DNA of 64,000 bases from Oopsacas minuta. Taxonomy: Eukaryota > Animalia > Porifera. The position numbers and the translations under genes are program-made. The notes beneath the pieces are model-generated. The model did not search any database. It had not been told where the DNA came from and saw only the letters and a list, made by a program, of their open reading frames with translations. The stretch lies in the NCBI GenBank assembly GCA_024704765.1, contig JAKMXF010000155.1, positions 580,380-644,379 of the forward strand, read 5' to 3'. Positions within the stretch are counted from its first letter, which is position 1. Every line of letters begins with the position of its first letter. Shown here piece after piece: positions 1 to 13,798 of the stretch.

Positions 1-289
1 GAAAATTAATAACTCAATCATGACGAAATTATTCTGTCGTGGGAAATTCCAGTAAGCTAAGTACATTTACAAAGTTTCGATATAGACTAACTTTTGATGA
101 ATTTGGCCAAATCAAATTCTATTTACCTCTTATTGTTATCAACATAAATCACGGAAGGCACAAAACGATCAAAAAATGTGAAAGTTTGTCTATTGGATGC
201 TTAAGCCTAAGCCATAGAGTAGTTACCTTGCTTAGGAGCCTCTGCGACTGAAAACTAGAATAGTACTGCTCTTTATTATTATTTTTAGA

Positions 290-371
290 AAATCTCCGAT
301 TAATTGTGAACTCCGCTTAATTGGAACAAAAGAGCTGGAAAAGATGTGTACCAATTAAACGGAGTTGACTG
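290..371. mobile_element. Right end of a pogo/Tigger-like element (probably extends left of the window)
   Basis: Ends CCAATTAAACGGAGTTGACTG|TA (reverse complement CAGTCAACTCCGTTTAATTGG). Related subterminal motifs TCCGATTAATTG and TCCGCTTAATTGG lie just upstream. No transposase seen. Confidence 0.5.
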
Positions 372-2080
372 TAATGGCTAACGTGAGTTGACCTTATACG
401 ATTTAAGTATAAATCTTCAACTCCAATTGAACCACCAGCTGCTTTATCTCTTTTGAAATGCGGAGTAAAATCTGCGTAAACTTATAACAAGTGCCCAGAT
501 ACTTTTTCATATATTGGATAGTGGTTGATTCCATGCTTTACCACTAGCTTATTTGTAATCCCTTATAACTCGGATTAAGCGCCGCCTTTTTCACATATAT
601 ATGTATTTATCCCTATGTATAGACTCCACATTTTAAAGTAGCTAGATATTCTATGGGCTTTATTTAAATAGTTAATAGCATTAATGACGTGTTATGGGAG
701 AAGAACTGTGAGTTTTTTTAAATATATTTCTCTATCTTTGGTGAAATAATGTGCAAATCTCTTACTTTGTTGAAATTGATAAATTTGAGTCCAAAGGAAT
801 TATTCTGGAGCATTCCGTATCTTTTATCTATGTATTAATCAGACCAGTAATGAAGATAAACATAGTCATATCTGGAACGATGTGTGATGTCTGGAACTTC
901 GATATATTGAGGAATTTGAGATAGATATGGTCAATATCAAGGTTCGCAATGACTATATTAGCTGTTCCTAATCTGGGGTTGATGGACTCCTTTGTCGTCC
1001 ACGAACGATACCATGAGGTCCACAGGATCCGCCTATGTTATTGCGTCCACAAAATGTGCTAAAATTAGTATGGTGGGTTCACGGGTGAAAAGGTTTAAGA
1101 ACCGATGGACTATGTCATCCTCCTAAATAGAATTATCACTAGCCCAAATATACCTAATTTCTACCTTGTTTTGTATAATATTATTCTATTTGGTAATAAT
1201 GGAAGTATTACAATCAAACTTGCATATGACGGCTATCAAAAGGATTGGTTAAAATTGGTCTTTTATTATTGTTCTATAGGTGTCTGTTATATAGAGTTGG
1301 GTTACTTTGGAGAATCTTCCGCTGGATTCTATTTAAATTTATCGACCATTACTGCAGAAGACCGTTATGCAAGTGGCTGTTAACCAGGATCCACTCACTG
1401 TAAGTCGACAAGTTATGGAGAACGAATATTACATAATAGCCATCAAGTGAAACATAAACATTTGGCATATTTATCTATTTAGTATGTATGTTGCAGTGCA
1501 AGTACTACTTTGGTGTATTCGCGGATACACCAATGTTTGGTGAATTTGCGAATACACTGTTTTATGTCTTATTTGACTGTTGCTTAACACATGTGGTTAG
1601 ATATATTTGATATCAAATAAAGTCTATCTTCTTGCCGCATTCTAAGTTGGCTTTTATTCCCGTTTCTTACGATTCTCACAATCCATTTTCCTACCATTCT
1701 TTAAATTATTAGTATATCATTCGCTACTTCTTCCAATGTGTGTTAAGCCAAATTTGATCAAAAGGCTCTCTAATTTTTCGCCAGGTCCATAATAATAATT
1801 TCGTACTAAGTATGTCTGTGGTCAGATCTATGTGGAATAATGTATGGATTTACTTGAACATCTTTCACATTGTCTAAACTACCTACTTAATGATTGTTTC
1901 TAAAAGGCGTACGTCTTAACCTAGTTTCAGTGTTGCTAGTTTAGAGTTTAGACACATATAAAGATGTTTATATAATAGTATTTATTGATTCTTTTCCATA
2001 TACATGACGTAGTGGGGAGGTACATCATCATCCCACGGTGATCCCTACTTCAGGTACATACGTAGCATGTTAATAAATAT

Positions 2081-2220
2081 TAGCGCGCATCACTTGCTAG
2101 GTCACTGCGCGACAGCTTAGTGCTCCAGGTTAGCTTAAGTGCTAAACACCTAAAATTTATAGTGTTATTGGTCGCTACACAACAGAATATACTCGGCACT
2201 ACGTGCATCGAATTCACAGA
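2081..2220 (-). repeat. Dispersed repeat, copy 1; Helitron-like 3' end
   Basis: Closely similar to 58138-58281. On the minus strand it ends in GC-rich ...GCGCG-CTAA followed by T (CTRR|T). Confidence 0.45.
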
Positions 2221-5200
2221 GTAGTTAAATTTTTAGATTTTAATATCAATGTTCCATTCAAATTACATTCTATGGCCTTCGGTGTGACACTGGCGATGTT
2301 GTGACGCTTTTAGTTAGTAATCTCATCATTTCGTGCCTCCAATATTAGATATTCTGAAATTTTTCTAAATCGAAAATTTAGAATTTTCTGTACAGTCATG
2401 ATGACCTCGCCTCTAGTCAGAATCATGACTTCGGGACATTTATCACATTGAGAGAGGTTCCTGGGATACAAATTTCAACCATCTATCCTTTAAGTTGGAT
2501 GAGCATTGGCTTCTTATGTGATTTTTAGATTCCAAAAAGGTGAAAATGGGGTCATATTGCGTAATATATGTGAATTTTCGTCCAAGACTCGAACTAGTCC
2601 TAGCCCTGCCCAGAATACCATTTGTATTTTGTAATTCCAAGGTAAATGCCATCCATGGCCCAGTATTGAGCACAAATATCTGCTATAGTTCAAGTGCGAT
2701 AGAATTTTGAACTAACTATGGCCATTTATTTAGATCTAATGAATGTAATGCAATTTTGTCATTATAGACTCCCAAGAGACTCTTCATAAGGGATATTATT
2801 GGATAGTTACTGAAATAATGATATAAACAATGGGGCAGTAATAGGTAGACAGTAATAACTGTATTAATAGATTAGAAATTTTATTACTTTCGCTGAGCGC
2901 TTTGAGCTATATTAAGATCTCATACTAGATTGAGATCGGAGTAAACTTTTTCTTCTTGGCAGTTTTCTACACCTGGCCGTTTTATAGAGGTGGTCGTTGA
3001 GCATGTTTAAATGTGATTGTATTATCCTTTTATATGGATGTATTTAACCCTTATCTTATCATTATTGTGTCCTGAAGTTTTAATACTGACACCATACTTA
3101 GTCTTGATTTATACTATATCCATAGTGATGCACTTTCTACTTTTCAATGCCATTCAGTTGTTATTCTCTTTGCCTTTACTTCCCGGCGCAATCTGTCAAA
3201 GCGCTACTTTTTTCAACGTTTCCTTTAGATAAATCCAGTATTTAAAGAATAATATATACAAATTCAAACAAAAGGAAACAACGCAAAATTTATCAAATAC
3301 AAAAATTCTCATGGCCACATATGTTATAGGATCATCAAGTTGTTGCTTCCGAAGGTACTTTGATTTTAATTTAATATTATGTCCACATAAACAAGGTATT
3401 CAGTTTATGAAACTGATATAATCTACTTTCAATGTTCTTGTATTTCTATGCTTTCCAACCTTCTTAAACTCACACATCTGTTTTATTATTTCCTATCTTG
3501 ATTGTGTAGAATGATTTCTGAATATTCGATGAATTATTCCAACAACATTTATCTCATAATCTATCTATTTCAGCAGATCGAGAGTGGCTCAATAATCAAC
3601 AGGCTTGATTCATGTACTAATGATCAAGATATATCAGCTACAACAATTTCCCAAAGTTACTGTGACGATTTACATCCCTCTAATAGGAAGCTCAGATTGA
3701 CTTTGTCGGCCATAAATGGTGACAAATTGGTGTGCTTTCTTATTTCTTCAAATTCTACTTTGGAATTCGGATTTTCCCTGCAAGAGTATTCTTCTAATGA
3801 ACTTGTAAAGAATATGGTTAGTAGATATTGAAATTTTATGATCATATCTACAAATGCTTCATTTATAGGTTAGGTGCATCGTTTGTATTTCCACCATGTT
3901 GTTGATAAATCCCAGTGAATATATGTCTACTTATATTGACGTTTGTTTAGATGATCAGATCGTCAAATATTTTCAAACATAGTTCATGAACTTTTCCTTT
4001 GATTCGGCCTAAAATATAAAATACTTGGTAGAAAAGCACCGAATACACTTAGCCATTTTTCATCATCAATCCAACCTTTGATTATTATTTCCGTATAATC
4101 ACTATAGACCGGTCAATAATAAAAAAGTAATGGCCCACCCCAAAATTTGAAACAAATTCTTCATTGCAGTTTTTCATATTCTGGGTCTACTTTTAAGTCT
4201 AGAGAATGGTTGTCGTAAATTCAACATGGGGTTATTTATAATTTTCATGAGTCAAATTTGATATCCAATTGAAATCGCTTGTGTTGTGTGTATGTAAAAA
4301 GCCACCATATTCAATGCTTTTGAATCATTATTTATGATCATATTCGTTTTTAGCTTTTTAATGGCCCAAACTTTGGATTATTCCTTGAATTTCTAACATT
4401 TAATGGTTGATAATTTGATTGTAAGACATTTATTCGGGAAAAAATATATGGTTTGTAAAGTATATGTCATATAATTTGTATTATCGGCTAACGTGTCCCT
4501 ATTCAAGAATCCTTATGTGTAGTAAACCCTGGCTTTATCATGTGGACCCAAGTCGAGGTTCTCATAAAATTCCAAGATGTATTGATTTACCCATTTTATC
4601 ATAGTCCCTTTCAATTGTAACAGTTCAAGCACAAAAGTATAAATGAGTTCTCCATATCAATTAACATATAGAACGATTATTTGTATTTAACATGCTTGTA
4701 ATATGACTTTATCTAAATTTCATGCAATATATTACCACTAGTTGAAAGAGTTACAAATGGTGACCCTACAAACAATACCTCAAACTGTCATACTTTCATT
4801 TTTCCCTAAAGATTCATTCTTTATCTTATTTATATCTTAACTCGAATGTATATGCTGTTACATGATTCCTGATTCAAAAGATGTGTTACTACAACTAATC
4901 TATTTCAATTTATTTCAATAGATGAACCAGACATTTTACACTCTGTCCTAAACCTTGGTCCACAGTCGAGCTGCTAACAACAAAAAATGATCAGAGAATA
5001 GCGAACCAATTTACAATTGATGTAAAAATTAATCCATTTCCCTCGAATCAGAAAACAAGCCTATCTCTTTTACACTTTGAGATATATATTTATGATAAGA
5101 AGCTTAGGGATTCCCTAAGGCTAAGTAAATAAACAATCTATTTTATAACATATAGATCGAAGTATTTGCATAGTAATTTTTAGTGTTATGATAGAAATTG

Positions 5201-5899
5201 AATATGTTAGGACTTTTGGTAGCGACGCGACTCAGTTAACTCGGCATTTCGTCCCCCGAGGTCATTTTCTTTCCGAAAATTATGTTATCAATGGTTCATT
5301 CTAGCTCATTTATTGGCCTTTTCTGGTAATACTGGAGCTCCCACGCCGCATTTGGGTAGTAATATGTGTGATTGATACCTCGATTATTATACCATTTTAA
5401 ATTTCGAAATTTATCAGATTTTGATGTTTTACGATCATAAAGACATAATATTCCAATGATGAGTTAGCATTTAGTCAGAATCACGACATTTGTCTATTTT
5501 CGTTTGTCGAACCTACAAATATATATGGTCATTCCATGAAAATTTTAGCAATCCAAGCTATACTCACTGCATTACCTCTCAGGTTATTCTAATATATTAA
5601 CAAAAATTTCCACCATAGTTCTTAGATTAACATCTCAAATATTACCCTCAATACCATTTGGTTATATGGTAATGGCATATTTAATTTTGATGATACTTCC
5701 TTTACCACTTTGTGTTTGAGTCTTCCTTTGTTAATTTGGTCATATTTCTGGTTGAATTATGCCTAATGTAGTATAGATCTCTAGCAATGATAGATAGGCT
5801 ACTCTGTTCGAATTTTATCAAAACAGATTACCTGTGCTCATACCTTTTATTCTTTTGCTCCCTAAAGTCAAAATTCTCTAGTTAAATTGGCTTCTTTTG

Positions 5900-6957
5900 A
5901 GAAAATATATAGAAGTCTCCAAGGTTTTAATTTCAATTTCTTTCAAGTATCCTGTAGTGTGTCACACATATTTCATATATTCTGATTTTTGTGTCATAGT
6001 TCTGGTTTCTAAGGTGAATTTTATGAGATTCAATGTTTCTATAATTTTTATCATAAAAATTCTATTAACTAACAATTTTCTTTTACAAAATTCAAATGCA
6101 GTCAACCCACATTATTATTAAATTACTTGAAAATGAGTTGCTCATGAGCTAGTGTAAACACCGATTATGTAAGTAAGTCAGTAGATTCAGTTGGTAAAGT
6201 GCTTAAAATATCCAGAGTTGGTTTTTGTATTTCATCAGTTAGAGACACTGTCAGTTCACTAAAGTCAATATCACGTTTAAGAAGGATTTGACAAGTTATA
6301 ATCTTTCAGATCGTAGTATCTCGGTCAAACTCACGAGAGAACGACCGCCACTCATATGTCAATCTTGGGAAAATCGAGTATCCAATGGATCGGTTTGTAA
6401 TCTTCCGGTTAAATAATAATAAAAGCCATCTCTGATTAAGTCATTTGTTAGATCAGCAATAGCGGCATTTGTGTTTAATAAAACTTCAAAGATTGTTAAT
6501 GAGGCCAATTTTCTTAGAATGCTTCCAATAAATTAACAATTTAATCATTCCAAGAAAGAGGTGCATTTTTCTTTCAATATTTCTGGGGCATTAGCATTCC
6601 AAAGTGATATGATTTTCTAGGCAATTAAGGACACCATCATGCATCACTTACAGTTTTTAAAGACAGTGTAGAAATTGGAAGAGCTTTAATGATGTAAGGG
6701 ATAGTATTGGTAAGAAACATTGCTATAAAGCAAAGGATGCTCCTGAACATTTGTAGATTTTCATCACAACCAATTATAGCTTGTTCCTAACATTGTACCT
6801 GTTGCTGCCAATGCATTCCACCAAGAAGAATTACCATCTCATTCCCAAGAAAGCATTGTTCACGAAGTTTAAATAAAGCTTTTAGACTATCAATAGTCTC
6901 TGATTTTAAACCACGTAACAGCCTCTGACTCGGAAGTGGTAAGAATTTTGTAATAGA
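5900..6957 (-). pseudogene. P-element/THAP9-type transposase remnant, C-terminal part
   Basis: Manual translation across stops and frameshifts: FLPLPSQRLLRGLKSETIDSLKALFKL...IIGCDENLQMFRSILCFIAM...IPYIIKALP and YLTGRLQTDPLDTRFSQDxHMSGGRSLVSL (Q-x-D-P-L-E-x-R-F...GG motif of this family). Confidence 0.65.
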
Positions 6958-6960
6958 TTA

Positions 6961-9233
6961 CACAGCCCTGCGGAAAAAAAATTTTATTTGCTGATTGTTA
7001 TTGCAAAACATTTTCTAATCCACATTTTAATACTGATTTTGAATAATTTTGTAAAATATACGTATCACGTCTAGTTTTTTTGCAAAATTATTTTTAAATA
7101 TTGGTATATTTATCGATGAATGCATGATACCTCTACAAGTAAAATAGTGAAAATCTGCCATTTATAAATTTTTACTAAGAATTACAATAAAATTTTTCTT
7201 GATAATATAATCTTAGTTAATAAATAATTTGAATATATTAGTCTGAATCAGGAGTAAATTTCCGTTTTTTTGACATTCTAGCATGAATAACATCAATACA
7301 ATCTCTCTTGAGGCACCAGCAGTAATCAGCCATCATATGAACGTCCCACCTCCCCTGACATCGTGTTTCCATTGTTTTTATGTCTTGGTGGAATCGTTCA
7401 CCTTGCTCCTCGGAAACAGCTCCAAGATTCTCTGGAAAATAGTCAATATGACTGTGAAGAAAGTGAACTTTTACACTCATATTGCAGCCGAGATTCTTGT
7501 AAGATTCAATCAACTCATTCACAAGTATTTTATAATTAGGAGATTTCGTATTTCCCAAGAAGTTTTCATGACATCTACAAATGCATTCCATGCACATTTT
7601 TCTTTGCATATCATAGAATTTGAAAAATTATCATCTCGAACAAGTTGTCTTACCTGAGGACCGTCGAATATACCGGCTTTTCTTTTTTCATCACTTAGGT
7701 AGTAAAATTTCTCGGTAATATATTTGAAAAATTTCCTTCTTTATCTAATGCCCTTACAAACTGTTTCATCAATCCTAATTTTATATGAAGTGGTGGAAGC
7801 AAAATGTTGAGAGGATCCACTAGATGCTCGTGAATAATGTTCTTATCTCCAACATTAAGATTGGTTCTAGTTGACCAGCTCTGTCTAGAATAGTGTTCGC
7901 TCTTTGCACGACTGTCCCATAAGCATAAAAAACAAGGGTATTTTGTATATCCTGATTGCTGTCCCAAAAGAACGCATATGATTTTTAAGTCACCACAGAT
8001 TACCCAATTGTGCTGGTTATAATTAATTTTATGAAGCACAATTTTCATGTTATCATATCGTTCCTTTAAACTTACTCAATGTCCAATTGGTATGGAACTA
8101 AATTTGTTGCCATTATGAGGTAGAACACATTTCAAACTTTGTTTTGAACTATCAATAAAGAGTCTCCAATCATTAGGTACATACGGACATCCAAGAGCAT
8201 TAACTAGCGGTGAAACATCATGACAAAACACAAATCCGTCTTCCATTATGAAATATTTCAAAATTCGATCGCTCTGTTCCTATATGAGTAAAATTTTGTT
8301 TCTGGGAGAAGCAAGTTTTTTTCTTTTAGCCTAGAACCTAACAACTCCGCAGATTCTTTAGGTAAATCTAAATCACGTACCAAATCATTTAATTCAGACT
8401 GATTAAATAACTGTGGAGAATTAGAACGAGATAATACACACGGAATAAAATCCTCATCTTCTCTAATTAATGAATCTCTAGTTTCACAATCATCAATTTC
8501 CGAGATAGCATCCAAATTAGTAAATTTTGGAACAGGTACATCAATAGAATGGGGAACGGGTCGTATTGCTGAATGTAAATTTGGATACTTGATCAATGAT
8601 TTGGTTTTAGCATTGAATCCGGAAATATTCGCCATACAAAAGTAACAATCGCTAATGTGGTTTGTGGCTCTCTCTATATCATTGGAATTCCAAAACTTAA
8701 ACTCTTTGTGATTCCTTTTGTCCATTGTCTCAAATTTTCTACATAAGATCGGCACACTGTATGTGGAGCCCATGTTTTGTCTTGATCACCTAATCTCATT
8801 CCAAAATATTCTAAATATGCTTTTTTAACAAATCCTGTTATTGCCGTAGTTTGTTTAGAAGTCATAAAACTACCACAAATATAACAAAGACGTCTGGATC
8901 ATTAGTGCACCTTCTCCGATAAGCCAGATGATAATAAAATATCAAAATAGCAGACTATAGTACAATAAAGCTGTATATAACAAAAATAAAAATAAAACAA
9001 ATTATGTAGAATAATTAGAAAATGCAATAAAGCACGCATCTGTTTATTTCAAAAGACAAAAAATCATTTATTCTAGGGAAGTGTACTTAAAAAAATCAAC
9101 TTACATTAAAATGACATTTGAGTAAAAACGGGACGTGAGAGGGGAATTCTGATGACAGATTGAGAATCAGCATACTCAAGTTAACTAAAAACAACCTATG
9201 GATAATAATCAGTAAATTTGACGCAGGGCAGTG
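6961..9233 (-). mobile_element. Chapaev3-like (CMC superfamily) DNA transposon, full length, decayed
   Basis: TIR CACAGCCCTGCG at 6961 matches the reverse complement CACTGCCCTGCG ending at 9233. 3-bp TSD TTA at 6958-6960 and 9234-9236. Internal transposase pseudogene. Confidence 0.85.
7238..8915 (-). pseudogene. Chapaev3-type transposase with frameshifts and stops
   Basis: Five ORF pieces join into RRCTNDPDVF/CYICG...GDQDKTWAPHTVC...NHISDCYFC...DWRLFIDSSK...CGDLK...GQQSGYTKYPCFLC...PLHIKLGLMKQF...HFLHSH...SEEQGERFHQDI. Confidence 0.85.
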
Positions 9234-9236
9234 TTA

Positions 9237-10030
9237 TATGCTGCATTCGAAGTGTACCACATTTGAAGTGCGAATCGAATTGCACTGGTAGAGTATCTCT
9301 TGGCAATTGTAGACGAGTCTCAACAAATCTCTAACAGGTTGAATCTCGTACTTAGAAGTGACAATTCTACAATAATTTTGCAGATTTGTTAACATCTCCA
9401 AGTTTCGGATTTTGAACCTCCTGATTTCGATATATAATCTGGAGGAGGAATAGGAAATCCTTCAAAGCATAGCTTTACATGTAAATCAGGGGTAATATTC
9501 ATACACTCGTTAACTGTAGCTATACTTTGTATTTCAACCCGATAAATATTCAGATTTGTTTCATTCAAGAAATGAAAAATTCTCAAATTTCTGCACGTGT
9601 TTGGTTTCAAAATTTTGGTCGAATTTTTAATTGTTACCAATCTCTACAGATTGCTCTGAAGTGAGATATGAACTGGTTTTTAGCATCTCTGAGCTGCAAA
9701 TCCTGAATATTTCACGAATTTTGAAATCCAGGTATGCTATCATAAATTCCTTTAAACTCCTTTCGAAAATGTATGGACATCTTTGGGATTCGAACACAAG
9801 TATTCAGCTAATCAGCGTGTGATCTTATCAAATTCACCATCGAAATGGATAAAACAACAATGAATTATGCGATCGAAGAGCTGATTTCCATATACTAAAT
9901 GCCAAAGAAAAAACATAGCCACAACTTTGAGGAATAATCAACCAATTAGAAGTAAATTTCCAATCAATATGACAGCAAAACATAGTTTATAGACCCTGTT
10001 TTACAGTAATTTACCTGAAATGAACATGAT
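9237..10030 (-). pseudogene. P-element/THAP9-type transposase remnant, N-terminal part (possible decayed THAP domain)
   Basis: LHVKLCFEGFPIPPP...RYSTSAIRFALQMWYTSNAAY reads directly into the 6957 piece once the Chapaev3 and one TSD are removed. Weak VNYCKTG...W...CCFIHF THAP-like trace near 9800-10030. Confidence 0.6.
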
Positions 10031-10982
10031 AGTTCCTTGAATAAGCTATTCTCTGCGATATTATCACCGAGTGATGAATTCACTCAGTGATATAATGGTA
10101 ATTCGCTTAAATTTATACTATCTTATTGGCTAGATGGTTCTGGATGTCATGATATCATGTTCGAATCCTGATCCTCCATAAATGAAGTTTACTGTTCCTA
10201 TTCACTTTATAATTGCATCATTGTCATATTGATAACATAAAACAGAGTTAGATTAAATCATGATTATTGAGGTTTTCGCGTTTCCTTATCTTATTTTTAG
10301 AGGAATCCGAGTCAAAAAATTGTCTTTGTGATTGTTTGTTTATTGAAGTCTTACATATTTTTATACTTATTTTTTGTGAACTCTGCTTTTTAAGTTACTA
10401 GATGCCTGATTTCCTCTCCCTGGTGCAAATCTCTTGTAATTTCTTATGAGTTTAATGAATCTATCGAATTGAATATTCGTTCTGATAAATGATATTTCCG
10501 AATAATATTAGTTCGACTGTTCCTTCGAATTTTCTTCTAACGAATATTTGTTTTTACTTATCTTTTGGAATAGTGTGTTGTATTAATGCATTGTTCATAA
10601 TTATATAATAATCGATTTTGATAATACGCATGTTGATTATCTTAATTTTTCTGTAAATTACTTTACTTTATCTGTTTTTCATCAGATATTCGGATCAAAG
10701 TATCGAGTATCTAGTCATCAAAACTAACGAGCAGTCAAATATTCATTTCTTACGAAAAAATATTCGTTCATTGCTGTATCAGTTATTTGCTTCAAATATT
10801 TGTTCTTCACTAATCAATGTATTCAGTTGATGATCAATACTTGAAGTGGTGCACTCCACCATCATGCCCAACCAGCATACCACATTGGCTTCCAAAGGCG
10901 TCAAATATATCGAGACTCAATAGCTACGAATTATGGATTCTTTCTCTACAGAATCAACTCATATGATAGGTTCGCTCAAGAT

Positions 10983-11362
10983 TTTTTGATTTACAAGTTT
11001 TCACTCTACTTCAGTAAGATATATTAGATAAACTTCGAAAGGAATTTTGAGGCCTGGCAGCCCGAGGGAACGATCCCGTAAAATCCTGTTTGATGATCGT
11101 TTAGAGGGTTGATATATACCTAACCAGACTAAGCTAGATTAGTAGCATTCAACAAGGGGTCACTTGATGAGGTTATGGTAAATTTGAGAATGGATTGTTG
11201 TCACATTTCTGAGACTTTCCTGCGTTGCTAGGGTTAAAATGTCTTATAATTGTTATGTGGCTAAATGCATGACATAAATTCTAGGGTGATTACGAGTATC
11301 ACTATAATTCATAAATACTATTTCTTTTTGGACCAAGAAACTCATATATTGTATGAGTTTCT
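10983..11362. repeat. ~380-bp non-coding direct repeat, copy 1 (candidate structured element)
   Basis: Homologous to 13213-13592 (offset ~2230 bp). Shared identical blocks and terminal hairpin AGAAACTCATA-N5-TATGAGTTTCT. Confidence 0.85.
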
Positions 11363-12358
11363 ATCTATAAAACGACTATAATTAATTCACGATATGATCA
11401 CCTTTTAGATTTATATGAGTTTTCAGATCATTTCAGAATTTTTGTACCAACAATATATCACAGTATTGCGTACTTAAAGCTATTTGTTGTTTAAACAATT
11501 TATGATTTTAGATTATCCATATATTTCAGAACCATGAGTTTGAAAATATATTTTACAACACAGATGGGCGGATCCAGTGGTGAGATGTGTCCACCTGCCA
11601 GGACATATTTCCCCTTTATGGAATCATATTGCTATTGAAATCAAGATTCTTGTGTACAAGTATCATCAGCTAGTCAACACCTCATTTGCTTATTTAATAT
11701 TTGTCCAAGGTGAAACAAAACTTATCCCTAGCTAATGTATTTATTTTATTTGAATACTACCCTTGTGCAATTGTATATAACATATTCATTCATGTACACA
11801 ATGAGGGATTGAAGATTCTTCTTAACTGGCTACTGTTGTATTTAATACACGTTGTGCCACAAATTACTTTTGCAAATGTCTGTACATTTAATTAACTACT
11901 ATGCTGGGGACTAATTGTATATTTTAATTTTCTGGAGTATTTGGGCTGGGTTTATTGGTAGGATACTAGATTTATATTGTCCTTTCCAAGGGTAACGAAA
12001 GCTGTTACTTTACATAGTGTATGAACTTAAATGATATGCCCCCTCGGACACGTGGGGCTCATGGCGAGTATACGCTTGGCAAATTTGGAAAGGGCCGCCC
12101 CTCCTAGCCTTGAATCGCCCTCATACGTAATATTAACGATTCTCACAAATGAATCCAATTTATTTAATTCAATTTTTGGGGTGCATTGCTTGCGCATTTG
12201 AAGTAAATTCTTCACAAATTTGGAAATTTTCATTCTTTGCAATATACTGGGTCTTCTTACTCCTTGCAAATTCCTAATCTTTATTTCTTATTTTTCTTAT
12301 ACCCTAGATCGACAATAAGTTTATACTAGCTTCAGAGAAGTCTCAATTTATTTCACAG

Positions 12359-12436
12359 GCTGAACTATTAACCAAACTTGTTCAGAAGAAAAAATCAGAA
12401 AATATGGACGATTCTGCTATCGTTGAATACATAAAT
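12359..12436 (+). CDS. Candidate internal coding exon (AELLTKLVQKKKSENMDDSAIVEYIN), unknown gene
   Basis: Acceptor TTTCACAG| and donor |GTAAGT. 78 nt, phase 0/0, open frame. No homology recognised. Confidence 0.35.
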
Positions 12437-13212
12437 GTAAGTTGTTCTTTTGGTATATATATTTATAGGACAAATTTATTCACCAACATACACCTCGTGG
12501 CCAAGAGTATTAGAACACAATTCAATTAATGACACATGTGGCATGTACACATTGCGAGAATATACATATTGAATAGTCGGTGGATATATCTGAAAGGCGT
12601 TTGTAATTATAAAATTTATGATAGAATTAAGTCCACAATTGTTTGACATTATCAGCCATTGCAAGTAAAATGCATATTTGTACCATGTGTCAATAGTGGC
12701 AGAGTATTTCAATACTTTTGGTCAGGGTGTAGACTTTATATGTTTGCAATTGTTGACGGTTTTGGAAAAGCACGAATGTAATCACTTCATTGAGAGCAAC
12801 ACAAAGAATGTACATTTAATCAGCCTATTTCCAGAAACATATTCAGACTGAGACTGGTGTTAGAGATTGAAAATGCACACTTCATAGAAATTATAAATGA
12901 TCTTCATGAAATATATCCTTGAATTGATCGCAAATCAAAATTATCATATGCGACATTTATCAACATGTTAAATCAATAACTTAGCCTGATGGGGCCTTAT
13001 CCCAGAATTATCCTTGAATATTTGTTTTCCAATCTTGGAGTCTCTAATACACTTTTCGATCATTTTGACATGTACTTTGGTCAATGATAGATCAATGAAT
13101 CATTTTGAAATACAAGCATGGGAATAAACTGAATGTACCGTTTACGTCATGAAATACATAATTATCCACGAACTGGATGCAACCTAATAAAATGAATTCA
13201 AATAAGTCGAAA

Positions 13213-13592
13213 TATTTTGATTTTACAATTTTCGCTATTTATTAGCAAGATTTATTTGACAACTTGGTAAGAAAATTTGAGGTCCGGTCCCCGGGAAAAC
13301 GATCCCAGAAAATCTTATATAAAGATGGTTTAGAGGGTTGATATGTGCATAACTAGACTAAGCTAGGTAAGCCGCGTCAAACAAGGGGTCACTTTGTGAG
13401 GCTATAATGGTTTTAGAATGGATTGTTTTGTCACATTACTGAGACTTTCCTGCGTTGCCAGGGTCATAATATTTTGAAAACTTTTATGTGGCTAAATGAA
13501 CAACGAGAAATTCTAGGCAGATTACGAGTATTACTATAGAATAAAAAATGTTTCATTTGATACATAGAAACTCATATATAGTATGAGTTTCT
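13213..13592. repeat. ~380-bp non-coding direct repeat, copy 2
   Basis: Homologous to 10983-11362. Confidence 0.85.
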
Positions 13593-13798
13593 AAGAATGA
13601 AATAATATGATTGGATAATCAATATAAGTCATTTAATTTGCTGTTAATAAAGGATTTAGGTGATTGACACTTTTAGCTGCACTCGATAAAATTGGAGGTT
13701 CGTATAAATCTGAGATTATCACTGTGTATATAATTATTTTGTTTCATTCTATCAGAAGATTCATTATTAATAAAGATACACATTTATTCATCAATACG

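Noticed and set aside
750-1400. Possible LINE 3' remnants (also ~38800-39250)
   Set aside because: Only one or two weak motifs each; too decayed to support.
7283-7657. Antisense or alternative-frame ORFs over transposases (also 26106, 35080, 36001, 36510, 36515, 55535, 63593)
   Set aside because: Shadow frames of transposase coding sequence.
11050-11330. RNase P/MRP, telomerase RNA or ribozyme identity for the duplicated unit (minus-strand GGAAAGUCUC; UAACCCUA)
   Set aside because: No convincing partner strand for the P4 helix/CR-V in both copies. The template-like 8-mer is broken in copy 2. No hammerhead or HDV core found.
13430-13480. Walker-A-like YDPGNAGKSQ on the minus strand (CRESS Rep/MCM-like)
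   Set aside because: Bounded by stops, differences between copies show no third-position bias, and indels are non-triplet.
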